Below, piece by piece: positions 18,478 to 29,590 of a DNA stretch of 64,000 nucleotides. The translations under genes were made by a program, and so were the position numbers. Numbering within the stretch: position 1 is the stretch's first letter; the number at the start of each line of letters is the position of its first letter. Source of the DNA: a virus; IMG/VR virus record IMGVR_UViG_3300023245_000006, positions 1 to 64,000 of that record. One strand, 5' to 3'. The notes under the pieces are model-generated. The model searched no databases. It saw only the letters and a program-made list of their open reading frames with translations, and was not told the DNA's origin.

Positions 18478-19194
18478 ATGAAAAAAAATAAAACATGGAC
18501 CAAAAAAGATGAGAAATTTCTGATAGATAATTATCGGATTAATGGTCTAAAATACTGCATGAATCACCTGAAAAGATCCGCACCATCTATCGTTAACCGA
18601 TCATTTTTACTAAACCTACAAAAAAAACATAAAGATAATCATGGCAGACCTTCCATACCGATAACCCTAAAATATATAGATGGAACAATAAAAACTTTCC
18701 CGAGTCGGAAAATCTGTTCCAAAGAAACCGGAATAAGACTAACAGAGTTCTCACTACTTTTAAAAAATTGTAACCGAAGTATAAATGGTTGGTATAATCC
18801 GGTCAAATTAGAAACCCCTATATACCTATATGATCCCGATGATAATATACATGCGGTTGATCATATATTAGAGTTCTGTTTAGAACATGGTCTCGAACCC
18901 AATATCATTGTAAGAATGATAAAAGGAACGGTTTTTTATTATAAAGGGTTCAGAAAGATCGAAACACCAAAAAAACCAAAAAATCTTAAAAGATGGGATA
19001 TTTTAATATCTCCCGATAAAAAGGAATATATTGTCCATAACATCGCGGCATTTTCTAGAGATATGGGAATCCATAAACAAGGATTCTACAAATTAAAATA
19101 TGATAATAGGTTATATAATAAAGGGTGGTTATGGGCAGATACCGTGCTGAAAGAATATAACAAAGGAAATAAATATGAAACCGTGGAAATCTAG
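18478..19194 (+). CDS. Basic protein with homing-endonuclease-associated DNA-binding modules (NUMOD/IENR-like); no clear nuclease domain
   Basis: WTKKDEKFLIDNY N-terminus; repeated (Y/I)xPD...xxFxxExGL...xKG(W/F) modules. Confidence 0.6.
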   Translation: MKKNKTWTKKDEKFLIDNYRINGLKYCMNHLKRSAPSIVNRSFLLNLQKKHKDNHGRPSIPITLKYIDGTIKTFPSRKICSKETGIRLTEFSLLLKNCNRSINGWYNPVKLETPIYLYDPDDNIHAVDHILEFCLEHGLEPNIIVRMIKGTVFYYKGFRKIETPKKPKNLKRWDILISPDKKEYIVHNIAAFSRDMGIHKQGFYKLKYDNRLYNKGWLWADTVLKEYNKGNKYETVEI

Positions 19195-19366
19195 AACCAA
19201 AAAATCCAAAAAATTGTGGGATAAGTTCGTAAAAGAATTCGAATCGGAACCGGAAAACCATGAACTATACCAAGATAAATATATGGGTACCTTGGGAATA
19301 AGATGGGTGGTTCTCTCAGGAGGATATACCCCTGTTCCCCAGATTCGGCATCGCCCCCCATGGTAA
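19175..19366 (+). CDS. Small hypothetical protein
   Basis: ORF overlapping the end of the previous gene. Confidence 0.3.
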   Translation: MKPWKSRTKKSKKLWDKFVKEFESEPENHELYQDKYMGTLGIRWVVLSGGYTPVPQIRHRPPW

Positions 19367-19660
19367 CATTTTGAAACACCGAAGTCAAGCGAAATTTTGA
19401 CAGGTCGGTGTTTTTTTTTCGCATACCAAAAAAAACGCACCTTGTCAAATATATTCGTTTTATATTTTCGATGTTTTTTTGATTGACATTCGTTCCGGAT
19501 TGTGGGTTGTCCCGAGGATCTTCCCTAGGTCCTCCGACCCTTCCGGTGAGGGGCAACCCTTCCCCAGATTTCCTAGCCTGTCCTCGACAATCCTCGATGC
19601 ATTGCAAACCATCTTGACCCTCTAACATTGCGTACCATTGTAACAGATCAAACAAAGAAA

Positions 19661-19700
19661 GGGGAGGAACCCTTTCGAGTTCCTCCCCTGATTCCTTTTT
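19661..19700. terminator. Terminator hairpin between convergent transcription blocks
   Basis: GGGGAGGAAC/GTTCCTCCCC stem, A-rich on the left and T-rich on the right. Confidence 0.7.
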
Positions 19701-19711
19701 TACTTTCCCTA

Positions 19712-20725
19712 TTAGCTTGCCATTGCCAAGAGAACTTTCTCCCCTCGACTTGTAACCCGTCCGAGTTCATCCTCATCCGTGAGTGTGTCGAAGAACAGTT
19801 CCTTCATACGTTGACCGCTTCCGAACTCCGAGGAAACGAATTGCCTCATTGCATTCTCCGGATTGTCCCCGCCACTTGATTCGTGTGTGAAGTAGTCTGT
19901 GGACGCTTGGAAGACATCGCAAAGGTTGCTTCCTGTGTTCCCGGCACCACTCATGAAGAGAGTCGATAGACGGTCAACCGTGTTGGCCATTCGAGTCTTT
20001 CCACGTTGCGACAATTCTTTCGACTCAAAGCCAACAGGGGCAAGGATTCCGCCGATAATCTTTCGTGCGTTCTCTTCATTGCAAGGTTGCGCTTCGAGGG
20101 AGTTCATTGCCAGTTCAAACTCTGCTTTGACTCCACAGTACGTTTCAATCGCATCTTCCATCCCCTCGATACGTGTGAGAGCGTTTTTGGTGTGCTTAAC
20201 ACTCAGATTCAAATCCTTGCCTTTTCGTCCGAGGTTCATTGCGAAGGTGTTGGCGCAAACCGTCACGGTGAACGAAGAACGCGCAATCAATGCAATGTTT
20301 CCACCATGTCCCCATAAGATGTTAAAGAGTGGTTCCGTGTTCCGAGATGCTGCTTGGAAGTCTTCGTCAAGTTTGACCGTGATAAAACCCTTGGAACGAT
20401 CATCCACGGTTCCGACTGAAACGATGTCATGTTTCGTTCCGGCCAGAGACTCGTTAACCATGTCCCAAATCCGAGGATTCGAAATAAGACAATATGCGTT
20501 GCTTACCGGTTTGCCGATAGGAAGACAATCATCCAGAGAGATGATTTGTCGATGATCAGTTTCGATTTTTTCGCCGTCTTTTCCGTCGATGTACAGCGGA
20601 ACGATGTCCATGTCATAATCGATTCCGGAGTTTTCACGATTGATGCACTCGACAATGTTCGTCATTCCGTGCCATGCTTGTGAGAGTCCAGTTTGAATAT
20701 CGCGTTCGAAGATGTTTGCGCTCAT
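19712..20725 (-). CDS. DUF932 / phage-plasmid TIGR03299-like protein
   Basis: AWHG, TVCANT, VKHTKNA and DYFTH motifs. Confidence 0.75.
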   Translation of the reverse strand: MSANIFERDIQTGLSQAWHGMTNIVECINRENSGIDYDMDIVPLYIDGKDGEKIETDHRQIISLDDCLPIGKPVSNAYCLISNPRIWDMVNESLAGTKHDIVSVGTVDDRSKGFITVKLDEDFQAASRNTEPLFNILWGHGGNIALIARSSFTVTVCANTFAMNLGRKGKDLNLSVKHTKNALTRIEGMEDAIETYCGVKAEFELAMNSLEAQPCNEENARKIIGGILAPVGFESKELSQRGKTRMANTVDRLSTLFMSGAGNTGSNLCDVFQASTDYFTHESSGGDNPENAMRQFVSSEFGSGQRMKELFFDTLTDEDELGRVTSRGEKVLLAMAS

Positions 20726-20827
20726 AGTAGTATTTTTCCTATTTGGGTTTTGGTTTTCAGTAAGAGGTTGTCTCTAACTTGGATTAAATCTATTTTATTT
20801 TTATCTAAAAGACAAGAACTTTTTTAT

Positions 20828-21019
20828 TTAATTTTGTTCAATTGTGTAAAGTGTTGGATTCAAAGTCTTTACATTTCCACAATTTTTCAAACCATCGCGA
20901 CAAAATTTCACAATGACATCTGACATAGAAAGATCGTGCTTTGCTGCGATGGCTTGCAAGCCTGCTTTGACATCATCAGGAAGACGGAAAGACATTGCTG
21001 AATTTCTAGGTATTGCCAT
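20828..21019 (-). CDS. Ribbon-helix-helix (CopG/Arc-like) DNA-binding protein
   Basis: MSFRLPDDVKAGLQAIAAKHDLSMSDVI. Confidence 0.7.
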   Translation of the reverse strand: MAIPRNSAMSFRLPDDVKAGLQAIAAKHDLSMSDVIVKFCRDGLKNCGNVKTLNPTLYTIEQN

Positions 21020-21237
21020 GGTTTTTTTTGTGCTTAGGGTTGCGAGTGTATTCCTTTCGAGATTTGAAAGCTTTCGTTGTGGGCGGTTGACCCTTGCGAA
21101 TGGCTTGCAAGTCTTCTAAGAAGGAAGGAAGAGGTTTTCGAGTGGTAAGATTTTTCATTGAGGGAATACACTAGCCAGCATTTCAAAGTATTACAAGAAC
21201 ATTTTCATTTAATTTAGGTCCATAAATGTATTGACCA

Positions 21238-21289
21238 AATTTTAAATCCATGATAGTCTAAATTTATTGCACAAAGGGAAAAGACTTGT
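21238..21289 (+). repeat. ~50-bp dispersed repeat, copy 1
   Basis: AATTTTAAATCCATGATAGTCTAAATTTATTGCACAAAGGGAAAAGACTTGT, identical to 22277-22328. Confidence 0.9.
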
Positions 21290-21352
21290 GCTATTTAGGG
21301 GAAAGAAAAAGCGGGACGAACTTTTCAGTCCATCCCGCTGATTCCGAGCCTT

Positions 21353-22147
21353 TTAGATCAAGCCTTTGCGCTTTGCTTGTGCGTTGAATCCCGCAATATT
21401 CATGATTCCAGTCTTCCAAAAGACTGCGATTTGTTTGTTGCTGAATCCACGGTTTGCGAGCGCAACGTAATCGGATACGGTTTTTTTGGTTTTTGTTTTT
21501 GTCATATTTTTGAATTTGAGAACACCCATGGGCGAATGTCCATTGTAGTATGTTTCGAAAACTTCGCAAGAAATATTTGCCCACATATCTTTTTTGAAGT
21601 GTTTACATAGTGTATTTGCCCGATCATCAATATCTTTGATTCCACCAAAAATTTCCTTGGAATTTTTACAACCTCTAGGGTTAAGAAAAAAAGTGACATA
21701 ACATACTTCCGTGAAATCGGAAAGAGAGATGTTTTCGAGAATATCATATATATGTTTTTCGAGTTTTTCGGTTAATGTTCCACAAAAATCTAACCATAGA
21801 TAATTAGGGAGGGATTCGTCAAAAAAATTGTTAAAATGTTTGAAAAAATCTCCACGGATGAAATATCCATAATCATCTTCTCCACGATTTTCGTAGTAAT
21901 CACCTGAACGAGTTTGAGCATAATTTTCGGGAGTGGCTGTCATCGAACGTTCGTATCGAAAAAATGTTGTTCGTTTCATCCGACTATCAAACAATTTTTC
22001 GAATTCGAGATTTCCATGAGCACCACCAAGATAATGTAATGATATATTTGTTTTTCCAGCATCGATCTTAACATCATTGGCGATATTTTCGCGGGAAGAT
22101 TGTTTGGTGAAAGCGTTCGAGAGTTTTCGGCTATAGTGTTTAGACAT
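21353..22147 (-). CDS. Hypothetical protein (weak methyltransferase-like LWLDFCG motif; C-terminal HTH-like segment)
   Basis: Long ORF bracketed by the dispersed repeats; probable start MSKHYSRK. Confidence 0.6.
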   Translation of the reverse strand: MSKHYSRKLSNAFTKQSSRENIANDVKIDAGKTNISLHYLGGAHGNLEFEKLFDSRMKRTTFFRYERSMTATPENYAQTRSGDYYENRGEDDYGYFIRGDFFKHFNNFFDESLPNYLWLDFCGTLTEKLEKHIYDILENISLSDFTEVCYVTFFLNPRGCKNSKEIFGGIKDIDDRANTLCKHFKKDMWANISCEVFETYYNGHSPMGVLKFKNMTKTKTKKTVSDYVALANRGFSNKQIAVFWKTGIMNIAGFNAQAKRKGLI

Positions 22148-22276
22148 TTTTTTAGTGGGTAGTGGGTAGTGGGTAGTGGTTTCTTCTAACTTTTTGAATA
22201 CTATTCTTAAATAGAAAAAGGTAAAGAACATTTTCATTTAATTTAAATAGTTCTTTCTCTAGAAATGTATTGCATG

Positions 22277-22328
22277 AATTTTAAATCCATGATAGTCTAA
22301 ATTTATTGCACAAAGGGAAAAGACTTGT
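22277..22328 (+). repeat. ~50-bp dispersed repeat, copy 2
   Basis: Identical to 21238-21289; also shares upstream AAGAACATTTTCATTTAATTTA. Confidence 0.9.
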
Positions 22329-22457
22329 AGGTTCTGTTCGCGCTCTTTTTGATGATCTCAAATGACTCTGTGCACCCCTCTTTTTGTGTATCAATAGCAG
22401 AGGTCCACCCCGCCACGATAAAGGCCGTACAGGTCAAATTTGAACCAGTGGGAAGGG

Positions 22458-22814
22458 CTACCTACCCCCACAGAACGACCGCAACAAATCTTCCCCGGCC
22501 TCATAACATTTTGCAAGATACTCATTTCCGGCAATGTCTTTTTGTCTGAACATTGCCAGCGGGTCTTTTTTCCTCCCGCCGTCCAGCCTCACCATATACC
22601 GCGCGAAACCATTTTCAAAATAAATCTTCTCAATTTTTCCACTCCCGCGAAATGGTGAAAATTCGCTCGAAGAAATTCTTTCCCCGATTTCAAAAAGTCG
22701 TTTTTCTTTCCCGGCGGGAGTTGCTGGAAGATTGATTTTTTCCAGCGCGTCACGGCGGGAGCTTGGCAGCGTTGCGAGAATATCAGTAAAATGCTCTTTC
22801 GTTTGCTTGTTCAT
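22458..22814 (-). CDS. Hypothetical early protein
   Basis: ORF with TTGACA promoter upstream. Confidence 0.6.
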   Translation of the reverse strand: MNKQTKEHFTDILATLPSSRRDALEKINLPATPAGKEKRLFEIGERISSSEFSPFRGSGKIEKIYFENGFARYMVRLDGGRKKDPLAMFRQKDIAGNEYLAKCYEAGEDLLRSFCGGR

Positions 22815-23381
22815 AAGTTAAAAACTATCATGCCTCCTTCCCCATGTCAAATTCTTTTTTATCGCTTGTGTCCCCCGGCACGAATAATTTTAGGCACGAA
22901 AAAAGCCGGGAGAGAATTTCTTCCCCACCGGCTCCCTCTTATGTACTAGATTGTTCCAGATCTTAAACGCTTCCAATCGTTAAAGATAGTCGAAAAATGC
23001 AAGGGATCATTTCGACGGATTTTTTTCGTGTGAGGGTAGGTCTCACAAAAATAAGCGCGGGTTAATTTTTTAATTTGTTTTTTCATAAGGCAATCAATCT
23101 ACTCTTTCCTTCCCGCCATGTCAAGCCCCTTCTCAAAAAAAATAAAATTGAAAAGAACTTGACTATCTCGAAAGCATTCTATATCTTTTAGGTATCAAGT
23201 GGGAAGACCGCCAGCGATAAAATTCTAAGGGAACCTAACCTAAATTTTTTGAAAAAAAAGTTCGTCGATTAAATTATAGCAAAAATTTTGCGAGATTGTC
23301 AATCGAATAATAAAAATAATTTTTGACACAAAAAGGCCGGAAAGGAATTTCTTCCCTCCCGGCCTTTCCCTTATGACTACC

Positions 23382-23930
23382 TTAGCTCTGGACTTCGATC
23401 ACGTCACCATTGACGATGATCCCGGCGATGTTCGAATCGCTCAAGATGAACTGTCCGAACTTGTTGCGTTTAAAGTCACAAGCCTTTTCGATGGACTTCT
23501 TTGCCAAAGTTAGAGGGCGAGAATTGACCTTTTTCTTTTCGATTGTAGGGGGGGCCACTTGCTCTTTATTTTGGATGAATCCATAGATGTAAATCTCTCC
23601 AGTTTCTCGGTGTTGGCGGATTCCCTTGCCGAGGTGGTCAAACGTGTCTTTCTGAGTATAGGACTGAGAAACACCTTCCACAAGGGTTTCCGTGAGGCTT
23701 TTCAACATTTCGCCTTTGGCTTGGATTTCGAGGTCACTAGAAGGCTCGTAGGCTTCGAGAACGGTCTTGTCGGAATCGCAGGCATTTCGGTAATTGATGC
23801 CGAAATTGATTAGATAGCGGGATGTCTCACCCGTTCCTTTACCAGTATAAAGGAATGACATAAATTTGCATCCTTTTTCAGTGGCGGAACGAAGGGCATC
23901 GATGGTTTTGATTTTGGTGATTTTGATCAT
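23382..23930 (-). CDS. Hypothetical early protein
   Basis: 182-aa ORF followed by a GC hairpin terminator at ~23335-23367. Confidence 0.7.
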   Translation of the reverse strand: MIKITKIKTIDALRSATEKGCKFMSFLYTGKGTGETSRYLINFGINYRNACDSDKTVLEAYEPSSDLEIQAKGEMLKSLTETLVEGVSQSYTQKDTFDHLGKGIRQHRETGEIYIYGFIQNKEQVAPPTIEKKKVNSRPLTLAKKSIEKACDFKRNKFGQFILSDSNIAGIIVNGDVIEVQS

Positions 23931-24177
23931 ATTTGTCTATTTTTGATGTTTGGGTTCGTAAGAACGTTTTGTTCTTAACTTCCACCATCGTCGCATAAAA
24001 TAGAAAAGAGTCAATACCTTTCCGAAAAATATAAAAAAAAGAATTTTGATATATGTATTGACCTTTAGAATACTTTCCTTTAGATTCTATATATCGAAGA
24101 GGGACAGACCACTCCAGCCGAAAAATTCTAAGGGAACGTGTTCAAAAATAATTCTTGCTTATTGAGATTGAGTCTCA

Positions 24178-24292
24178 TAATCATTTGTTTTACATTGTAA
24201 TCATTTGTTTTACATTGTAATCATTTGTTTTACATTGTAATAATTTGTTTTACAATGTTTTACAATGTTTTACAATGTAATCATTTGTTTTA
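24178..24292. repeat. Tandem repeat: 20-bp unit TAATCATTTGTTTTACATTG x3 plus degenerate/10-bp copies
   Basis: Direct inspection; preceded by the palindrome TGAGA-N5-TCTCA (24163-24177). Confidence 0.9.
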
Positions 24293-24809
24293 TTTAGATA
24301 ATCATTTTGCACATTCATGTTGACAGTCTGCACAACAATTACATAAACCATCTCTATCATTATTAATTTCCTCCATATATGGACAAGTGTGTAGTGGTAT
24401 AACTTTTTTATTACCAATCCCACAAAGATGTTATATTTCTGATAGATTTTTTTCGGGTGGAATAATCTTGACCATATAATTTACGAGCCGATATTCATCA
24501 CCTTTGTAATCGATGAACGTTTCGCCATTGTAGTTTTCCACATCATAATCTCAGATCTCGAAAGGATTTTCACATCCTTTAGGTGGTTTGATCAAGGTAA
24601 TATCGTGACCGTTCAGTTCGATGATAATTGGTGCTTTCATAATTTTGAAGTTTATATCGTTTTAATAGTTGTGTCAAGGAAGTTTATGTTGTATTGTAAC
24701 ATGGTGCGCCAATTTTATAAGGTGTTGTATGAAAACAGATAGTCATTTGTAATAGGGAACAAGATGGATAGTAGAGGAAGAGTTTTCAATTCGTTAAACT
24801 TTTCCTCTG

Positions 24810-25061
24810 TCATTCCGTCAATGAACACTTTTTATATTTGTCAAATAACTCTTCCTGTGTAGGAAATTCTTTGCCGTCTTTCTTGTGATGGTTACGTTCA
24901 TCTTCCGGGGAAAAATCATGAGATGTCTTGATGGAGAGTCTATTTCCGTTAGAATCTTCAAAAAGATCACGGAAACACCCCATGCCGGGGGAAGTTCCGA
25001 CAAGTTGACTTTTGGCTATTAGTTGCATATTTTTTCTATCAAAAAGAGTTGTTTGTTTCAT
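24810..25061 (-). CDS. Hypothetical early protein
   Basis: ORF with TTGACT promoter upstream. Confidence 0.55.
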   Translation of the reverse strand: MKQTTLFDRKNMQLIAKSQLVGTSPGMGCFRDLFEDSNGNRLSIKTSHDFSPEDERNHHKKDGKEFPTQEELFDKYKKCSLTE

Positions 25062-25135
25062 GTGCCCTTTATAGTTTAATAACGTCTCTGAGTCAATATA
25101 AAAGATTACTTTTTGATCTATTTAAAAATCTTTCG

Positions 25136-25561
25136 TCATCTTAACTTCAAAGAATTCAACAGATTTTGAGCCTGATTGTTAAGAGTTTTTTCAGGAACAT
25201 TGTGAATATCCTTGTTACCATGTCGATTTTCAAGGACGACCGAAAAGATTTGATATCCGTGTTCTTCGGCGGCGTCCATATACCCGCTAATTTCTCTCTC
25301 TTGCGTGCTTGTGTTGGCCAGAATCACCAGAGATGCGCCACCTTGACAGGCATTGGTAAATTTCTCCATGCACGCTTTGTGAGCATTTCCAAGATGCGAT
25401 GCGTCAAATTTATACTCCCCGGTTGTATTATCTGTAAAATAATCATCGGCTGTACAAATAACCGGGGGAACCCCGTCGTGGAGATTTGCAATGTATTCTG
25501 CAAAGGTGGACTTTCCAGAACCGGAAATTCCTCGAATTACTATCACTTGTCGATTAGTCAT
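25136..25561 (-). CDS. P-loop kinase (AAA_33 / polynucleotide-kinase-like)
   Basis: RGISGSGKST, ADDYF, ANTS, HNVP. Confidence 0.85.
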   Translation of the reverse strand: MTNRQVIVIRGISGSGKSTFAEYIANLHDGVPPVICTADDYFTDNTTGEYKFDASHLGNAHKACMEKFTNACQGGASLVILANTSTQEREISGYMDAAEEHGYQIFSVVLENRHGNKDIHNVPEKTLNNQAQNLLNSLKLR

Positions 25562-25576
25562 TTGGTATAACTATTA

Positions 25577-25798
25577 TCAAGTAAGCAAGAAACAGTCTCC
25601 CGTTTCGGTATTGGCATAATATCCGCCGAACAAATTATCCTTATCTCGCACAAGTTTATAGCCTGCAAACATCTGGCAATATTTCTTGCAAGCGTCAACC
25701 GTGCCAGAAAAAATAATAGTCAAATCGGTAATATCCTTACCCTCATTGACGGCTTGAATATCGAGAAGGCGAACATCTACATTGCATTTTGGTTTCAT
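25577..25798 (-). CDS. Hypothetical early protein
   Basis: ORF driven by a 39-bp promoter/ATG module duplicated at 25796-25834 and 25967-26005. Confidence 0.6.
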   Translation of the reverse strand: MKPKCNVDVRLLDIQAVNEGKDITDLTIIFSGTVDACKKYCQMFAGYKLVRDKDNLFGGYYANTETGDCFLLT

Positions 25799-26171
25799 AA
25801 TTTGAATATATCTTAAAAATGAACTTTGTCAACCAATAACTCGCAATTTTTTATAGATCACTCCATAGCCATTCTCCACGAATAGTTCCACAATTTGAAA
25901 GTTTGCCTCATGCGATTCCACCCAAGTAGATTGTGCCTTTAATGTTTTGAAGAGTTTAGTGTTCCACATAATTTGAATATATCTTAAAAATGAACTTTGT
26001 CAACCTATTTTTCTCAACTTTTAATCATTTGCATCATTTTCGTTGACGAAACCGCCGATATTATTTAGGATGATGAATTATTTTCATGGTTCGTTGTGAT
26101 ATTCCCGTTCAATTCGTTCCACAATAGAGTATCGTATAAAGATTGTCAAGCGTTTTTGCCATAATAAAAAG

Positions 26172-26244
26172 TGCGCCTGACTGGATTCGAACCAGTAACC
26201 AATCAGTTATGAGCCGACTGCTCTGACCATTGAGCTACAAGCGC
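26172..26244 (-). tRNA. tRNA with CAT anticodon (probably tRNA-Ile2; Met not excluded); full CCA not encoded
   Basis: GCGCTTGTAGCTCAATGGTCAGAGCAGTCGGCT-CAT-AACTGATTGGTTACTGGTTCGAATCCAGTCAGGCGCA folds into a cloverleaf with D- and T-loop consensus. Confidence 0.93.
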
Positions 26245-26425
26245 ATTAAATCAGTTATCGACTACGCCAAAATTCACGCCCATGACGAATCTTGCGAGCA
26301 TAGAAGCTATCCTCGTAGGTAATCATAAAGATATGTTGACCGAACGGGGTAATCTTTGTTGGGAGGAACGCTTCGGATAAAAGAGTGAGTAGGTGTTTAA
26401 TCATGTTTAGGATATTGGTTGATTT

Positions 26426-28346
26426 TTAGATATTTGTCAATGTTAATCGATCCTTACGAAATTTGAATTCTAAAATTTCCACAAGATCTTCGTATTCGTC
26501 ATAACAACTCAGGGGGTTTGGAAATCCTTTAATATATACGAGAGAACGAATCTTTACCATATTTCCACTTGATGCACTAATTGCCAAGATGTTTTTGATG
26601 GGGAAGGTGATTAGACCTTCGGGACATTCGATTGTGATTGTTTTCATAATTTTGAATATAGTTATGTATAAATTAAAGCTCTCTCTTTGTCAATCTATTT
26701 TATTCGTCGTTATATAAATCCACACTCGACCATTCCATCCACATAAATCTTGAAAAATTGGATTCTTGACGACAATAATCGCTAACCGTTCAAAGTTATC
26801 TCGCCAGCGATTGCTTTTCTTGAACCTATTACGCGCATTCTCGTTTGTAATTTCTGTAATAGTCATTCTACGGGAAGATCAACATCATATTCGACAATCC
26901 ATTCATTTAAAACTCCATCAATGATAGGCATATCGTTTATTATATTCGGGAAGATTATCTGAGGTATAACATCTTGACATCCAACTACTTGTGAAGTCAC
27001 CGCCATTTGTGACGTTTGGAGTAAATGATAAAAATAATATCCAACAATTCCAATGGGAGCAAAAAGTTGAAAGGTGATAAAAATTTGGATAGCTTTCATC
27101 GGTCAGATTGTCTAAAAAACCCACTATCCGTGTCAATGTCTGCCAGACCCAGATTTGTGGCCGCTAGAGAAATTTCATCTAACATGTCGGCATTCCAGTC
27201 TTTTTCTTCTTCTAAGATTTGTAAGACAGTAAAGGCAAAAATTTCTAAACTTGTCATTTTCTCGATATTTCTAAATTGGTTTTTGTTATTCATAATTCGT
27301 ATTATTGTTTTTTTGGTTAAATGTCAAGACATTTTTTGTAGGCTGATACGATTCGACCACTTTTAATCTTGTCACCATCTTTGAATGGTTTACCTGTATT
27401 CCAGTACCATGATCCAGAAATCTGAATGATTGCAAATGGTTTAGGCAAGTATGCATTGATTCTTTTCTTGGTGGTTGCCGATTGTCTTCCGTGTGTGTTT
27501 ATAACAATAGACCCATCTTTCTTGAAGTGTAGAATATCGGTGCTATAGTATCGAATCATAACGCCATCGATTCGAGCATGTAGATTTGTTTTGCTTTCCA
27601 TCGATAGAAATGAACGACCATTAAGAAGTTTCTTTGCAAGATGTAGATCCATGGCTAGAAGTATAGTAGATCTTCGAGATAATTGAAAGATTTTTCTAGT
27701 GAATAACTTTCCCATTTTCGAATAGTGTCCTCTAATTCTTGGTGCTCTTCCAGTGTGTCGTTTTCGGTGTAATTGTGGAGAATTCCGGCAAGGTCTTTTA
27801 CCTTGGTATTACCATGATTCTTGAGTAGGTCTTTTTTGTTCATATGATACTATCTAGCGTATATCCGGAATCGTGTCAAGGATGTTCGGAAAGTTTTGTT
27901 GTTGTTTGGTGATTTTAGGGTCTTGTGACTTATCATCTTTAGGTAATGATGCACAAGATCCTAGGAAAAGAAAATAGAATAGTAAAAGAAAATAGAATAG
28001 GAAAAGAATTGTTTTAAACATAATATGCTTCATTAATCCCGAGGAAATGGTTCGAATTTCATAATTTTCATGTTGTTAAGGTAGTTTATTTTTGGATTTT
28101 TGTCAAGGGTTATCGAAATTCGAAATAGGGAAATTCTTGGTTTCCCTTTCGTACGAAAATTTCCAGTTGGTGACGACTCTTGAAAGAAAGACTCAGACGG
28201 CTATCGTTTACATCGGAAAGATAAAGAAACTCTCTCGGAATATGATTCCTGTGACTGTAATCAATGATCCATGTTTGAACATCACGATCTTTTTCATTCA
28301 GTTCCCGATTTAGATATTCCACACTTACACTTAGATTTATTTTCAT
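26426..28346 (-). other. Cluster of small hypothetical early ORFs (26426-26647, 26863-27099, 27096-27293, 27317-27652, 27655-27843, 28110-28346)
   Basis: Co-oriented 60-110 aa ORFs, most with their own TTGACA promoter or translational coupling. Confidence 0.55.
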
Positions 28347-28680
28347 TTTATTTATATTGGTTATTGAGGAACCGAAGGACCATATCCTTTCGCCTCATGT
28401 TTAAGACTTTACTAAAATTCTTGAGATTGTCGAGATATATTTCAAAAAAGTTTTATCTATTTTAAATAAGATTTATCCATCTATCTATCTGAAAATATAC
28501 AAGAGGCTTCGCCCTTTCGGGTATACCCTCATTATGGGTTGTTTTTGGAATTTTGTCAAAACAATTATTTAAAAAGTTTTTTGGGTAAAATCATTTAAAT
28601 TTTAAATTGTCAAACAAAATTAAATACTTTACATGGCCTTAATATATTGCAATGCATTGAATCATATGTATTTATGAAAA

Positions 28681-28720
28681 GGGGCATAGATATAGACTAT
28701 GAAAACTCTATCTATGCCCC
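28681..28720 (-). terminator. Terminator hairpin downstream of the rII operon
   Basis: 12-bp inverted repeat GGGGCATAGATA/TATCTATGCCCC with T-run on the minus strand. Confidence 0.7.
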
Positions 28721-28781
28721 TCATGAACAACTAACTCAACTAACTCAACTAACTCAACTACACTGGAACTCTAGCCAATGA

Positions 28782-29480
28782 TTATTTTTCAACCAATGTG
28801 AAGGTTGACGTTTCTCGAACATCGTAACGATAGATTTTTTCATCTGTAAAAAAAACATATTTCTGTGCTTCTTTAGGGTCGATATAATGTTGCGCCAATC
28901 GAACCATCTCGGTGTATTCGATTGGATTATCAATTATTTCACGTTTTTGCAATCCGTGCTCTTTGACGTGTTCCGAAACATCATCATGATACGGTCCTCC
29001 ACAATAAAATAAAGGATTATTGTCTTGTAGTAGGGTAGCAATAACATACACCGTCTGAATAGGACGATCTTCCATAAAATACTCAGAAAAATCTGGGGAT
29101 CTATTATCAGGTTCATCGCGATACGATTTTTGCATCAAGTTAACACCATGTGACTTTTCAACACCATGTTCCAAATAAAAGGCATATGCCCTTGACACTG
29201 CTAGGTTTGCACCAGTCTTGAAACAGAAGTTGTCTTGATCCGAACAGGTTGCCAAGAAGTTTTCGGCGGTTTTAAAGAATACATACGTTTCACCACCTTT
29301 GGTTGCATACTCTGGTTTCTTACCGTGTTTCAATTTGAAACGATTGTTCCGATAAGTCAAAACCATTTTTTTATATGTAGGATGGTTTTGTTTATTGAGA
29401 ATTCGATAATGTATGATCTCAGCAGGGTACCCGTTGAGTTTCATGACATCCAACATTTCTTGTGTAGATAGTTTATTCAT
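28782..29480 (-). CDS. Hypothetical protein
   Basis: KGGET...ATCSDQDNFCFKTG motif common in phage proteins; probable start MNKLSTQ. Confidence 0.65.
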   Translation of the reverse strand: MNKLSTQEMLDVMKLNGYPAEIIHYRILNKQNHPTYKKMVLTYRNNRFKLKHGKKPEYATKGGETYVFFKTAENFLATCSDQDNFCFKTGANLAVSRAYAFYLEHGVEKSHGVNLMQKSYRDEPDNRSPDFSEYFMEDRPIQTVYVIATLLQDNNPLFYCGGPYHDDVSEHVKEHGLQKREIIDNPIEYTEMVRLAQHYIDPKEAQKYVFFTDEKIYRYDVRETSTFTLVEK

Positions 29481-29590
29481 CTGATTTTTGTTTGTTTGTT
29501 TGTTTGTTATCCGGTTTTGTTTGTTATTGGTGGTTGAGCCGGAATGACTATCACAATCATTCCGGCTCTTTACCACTACCTCTTTACCAC

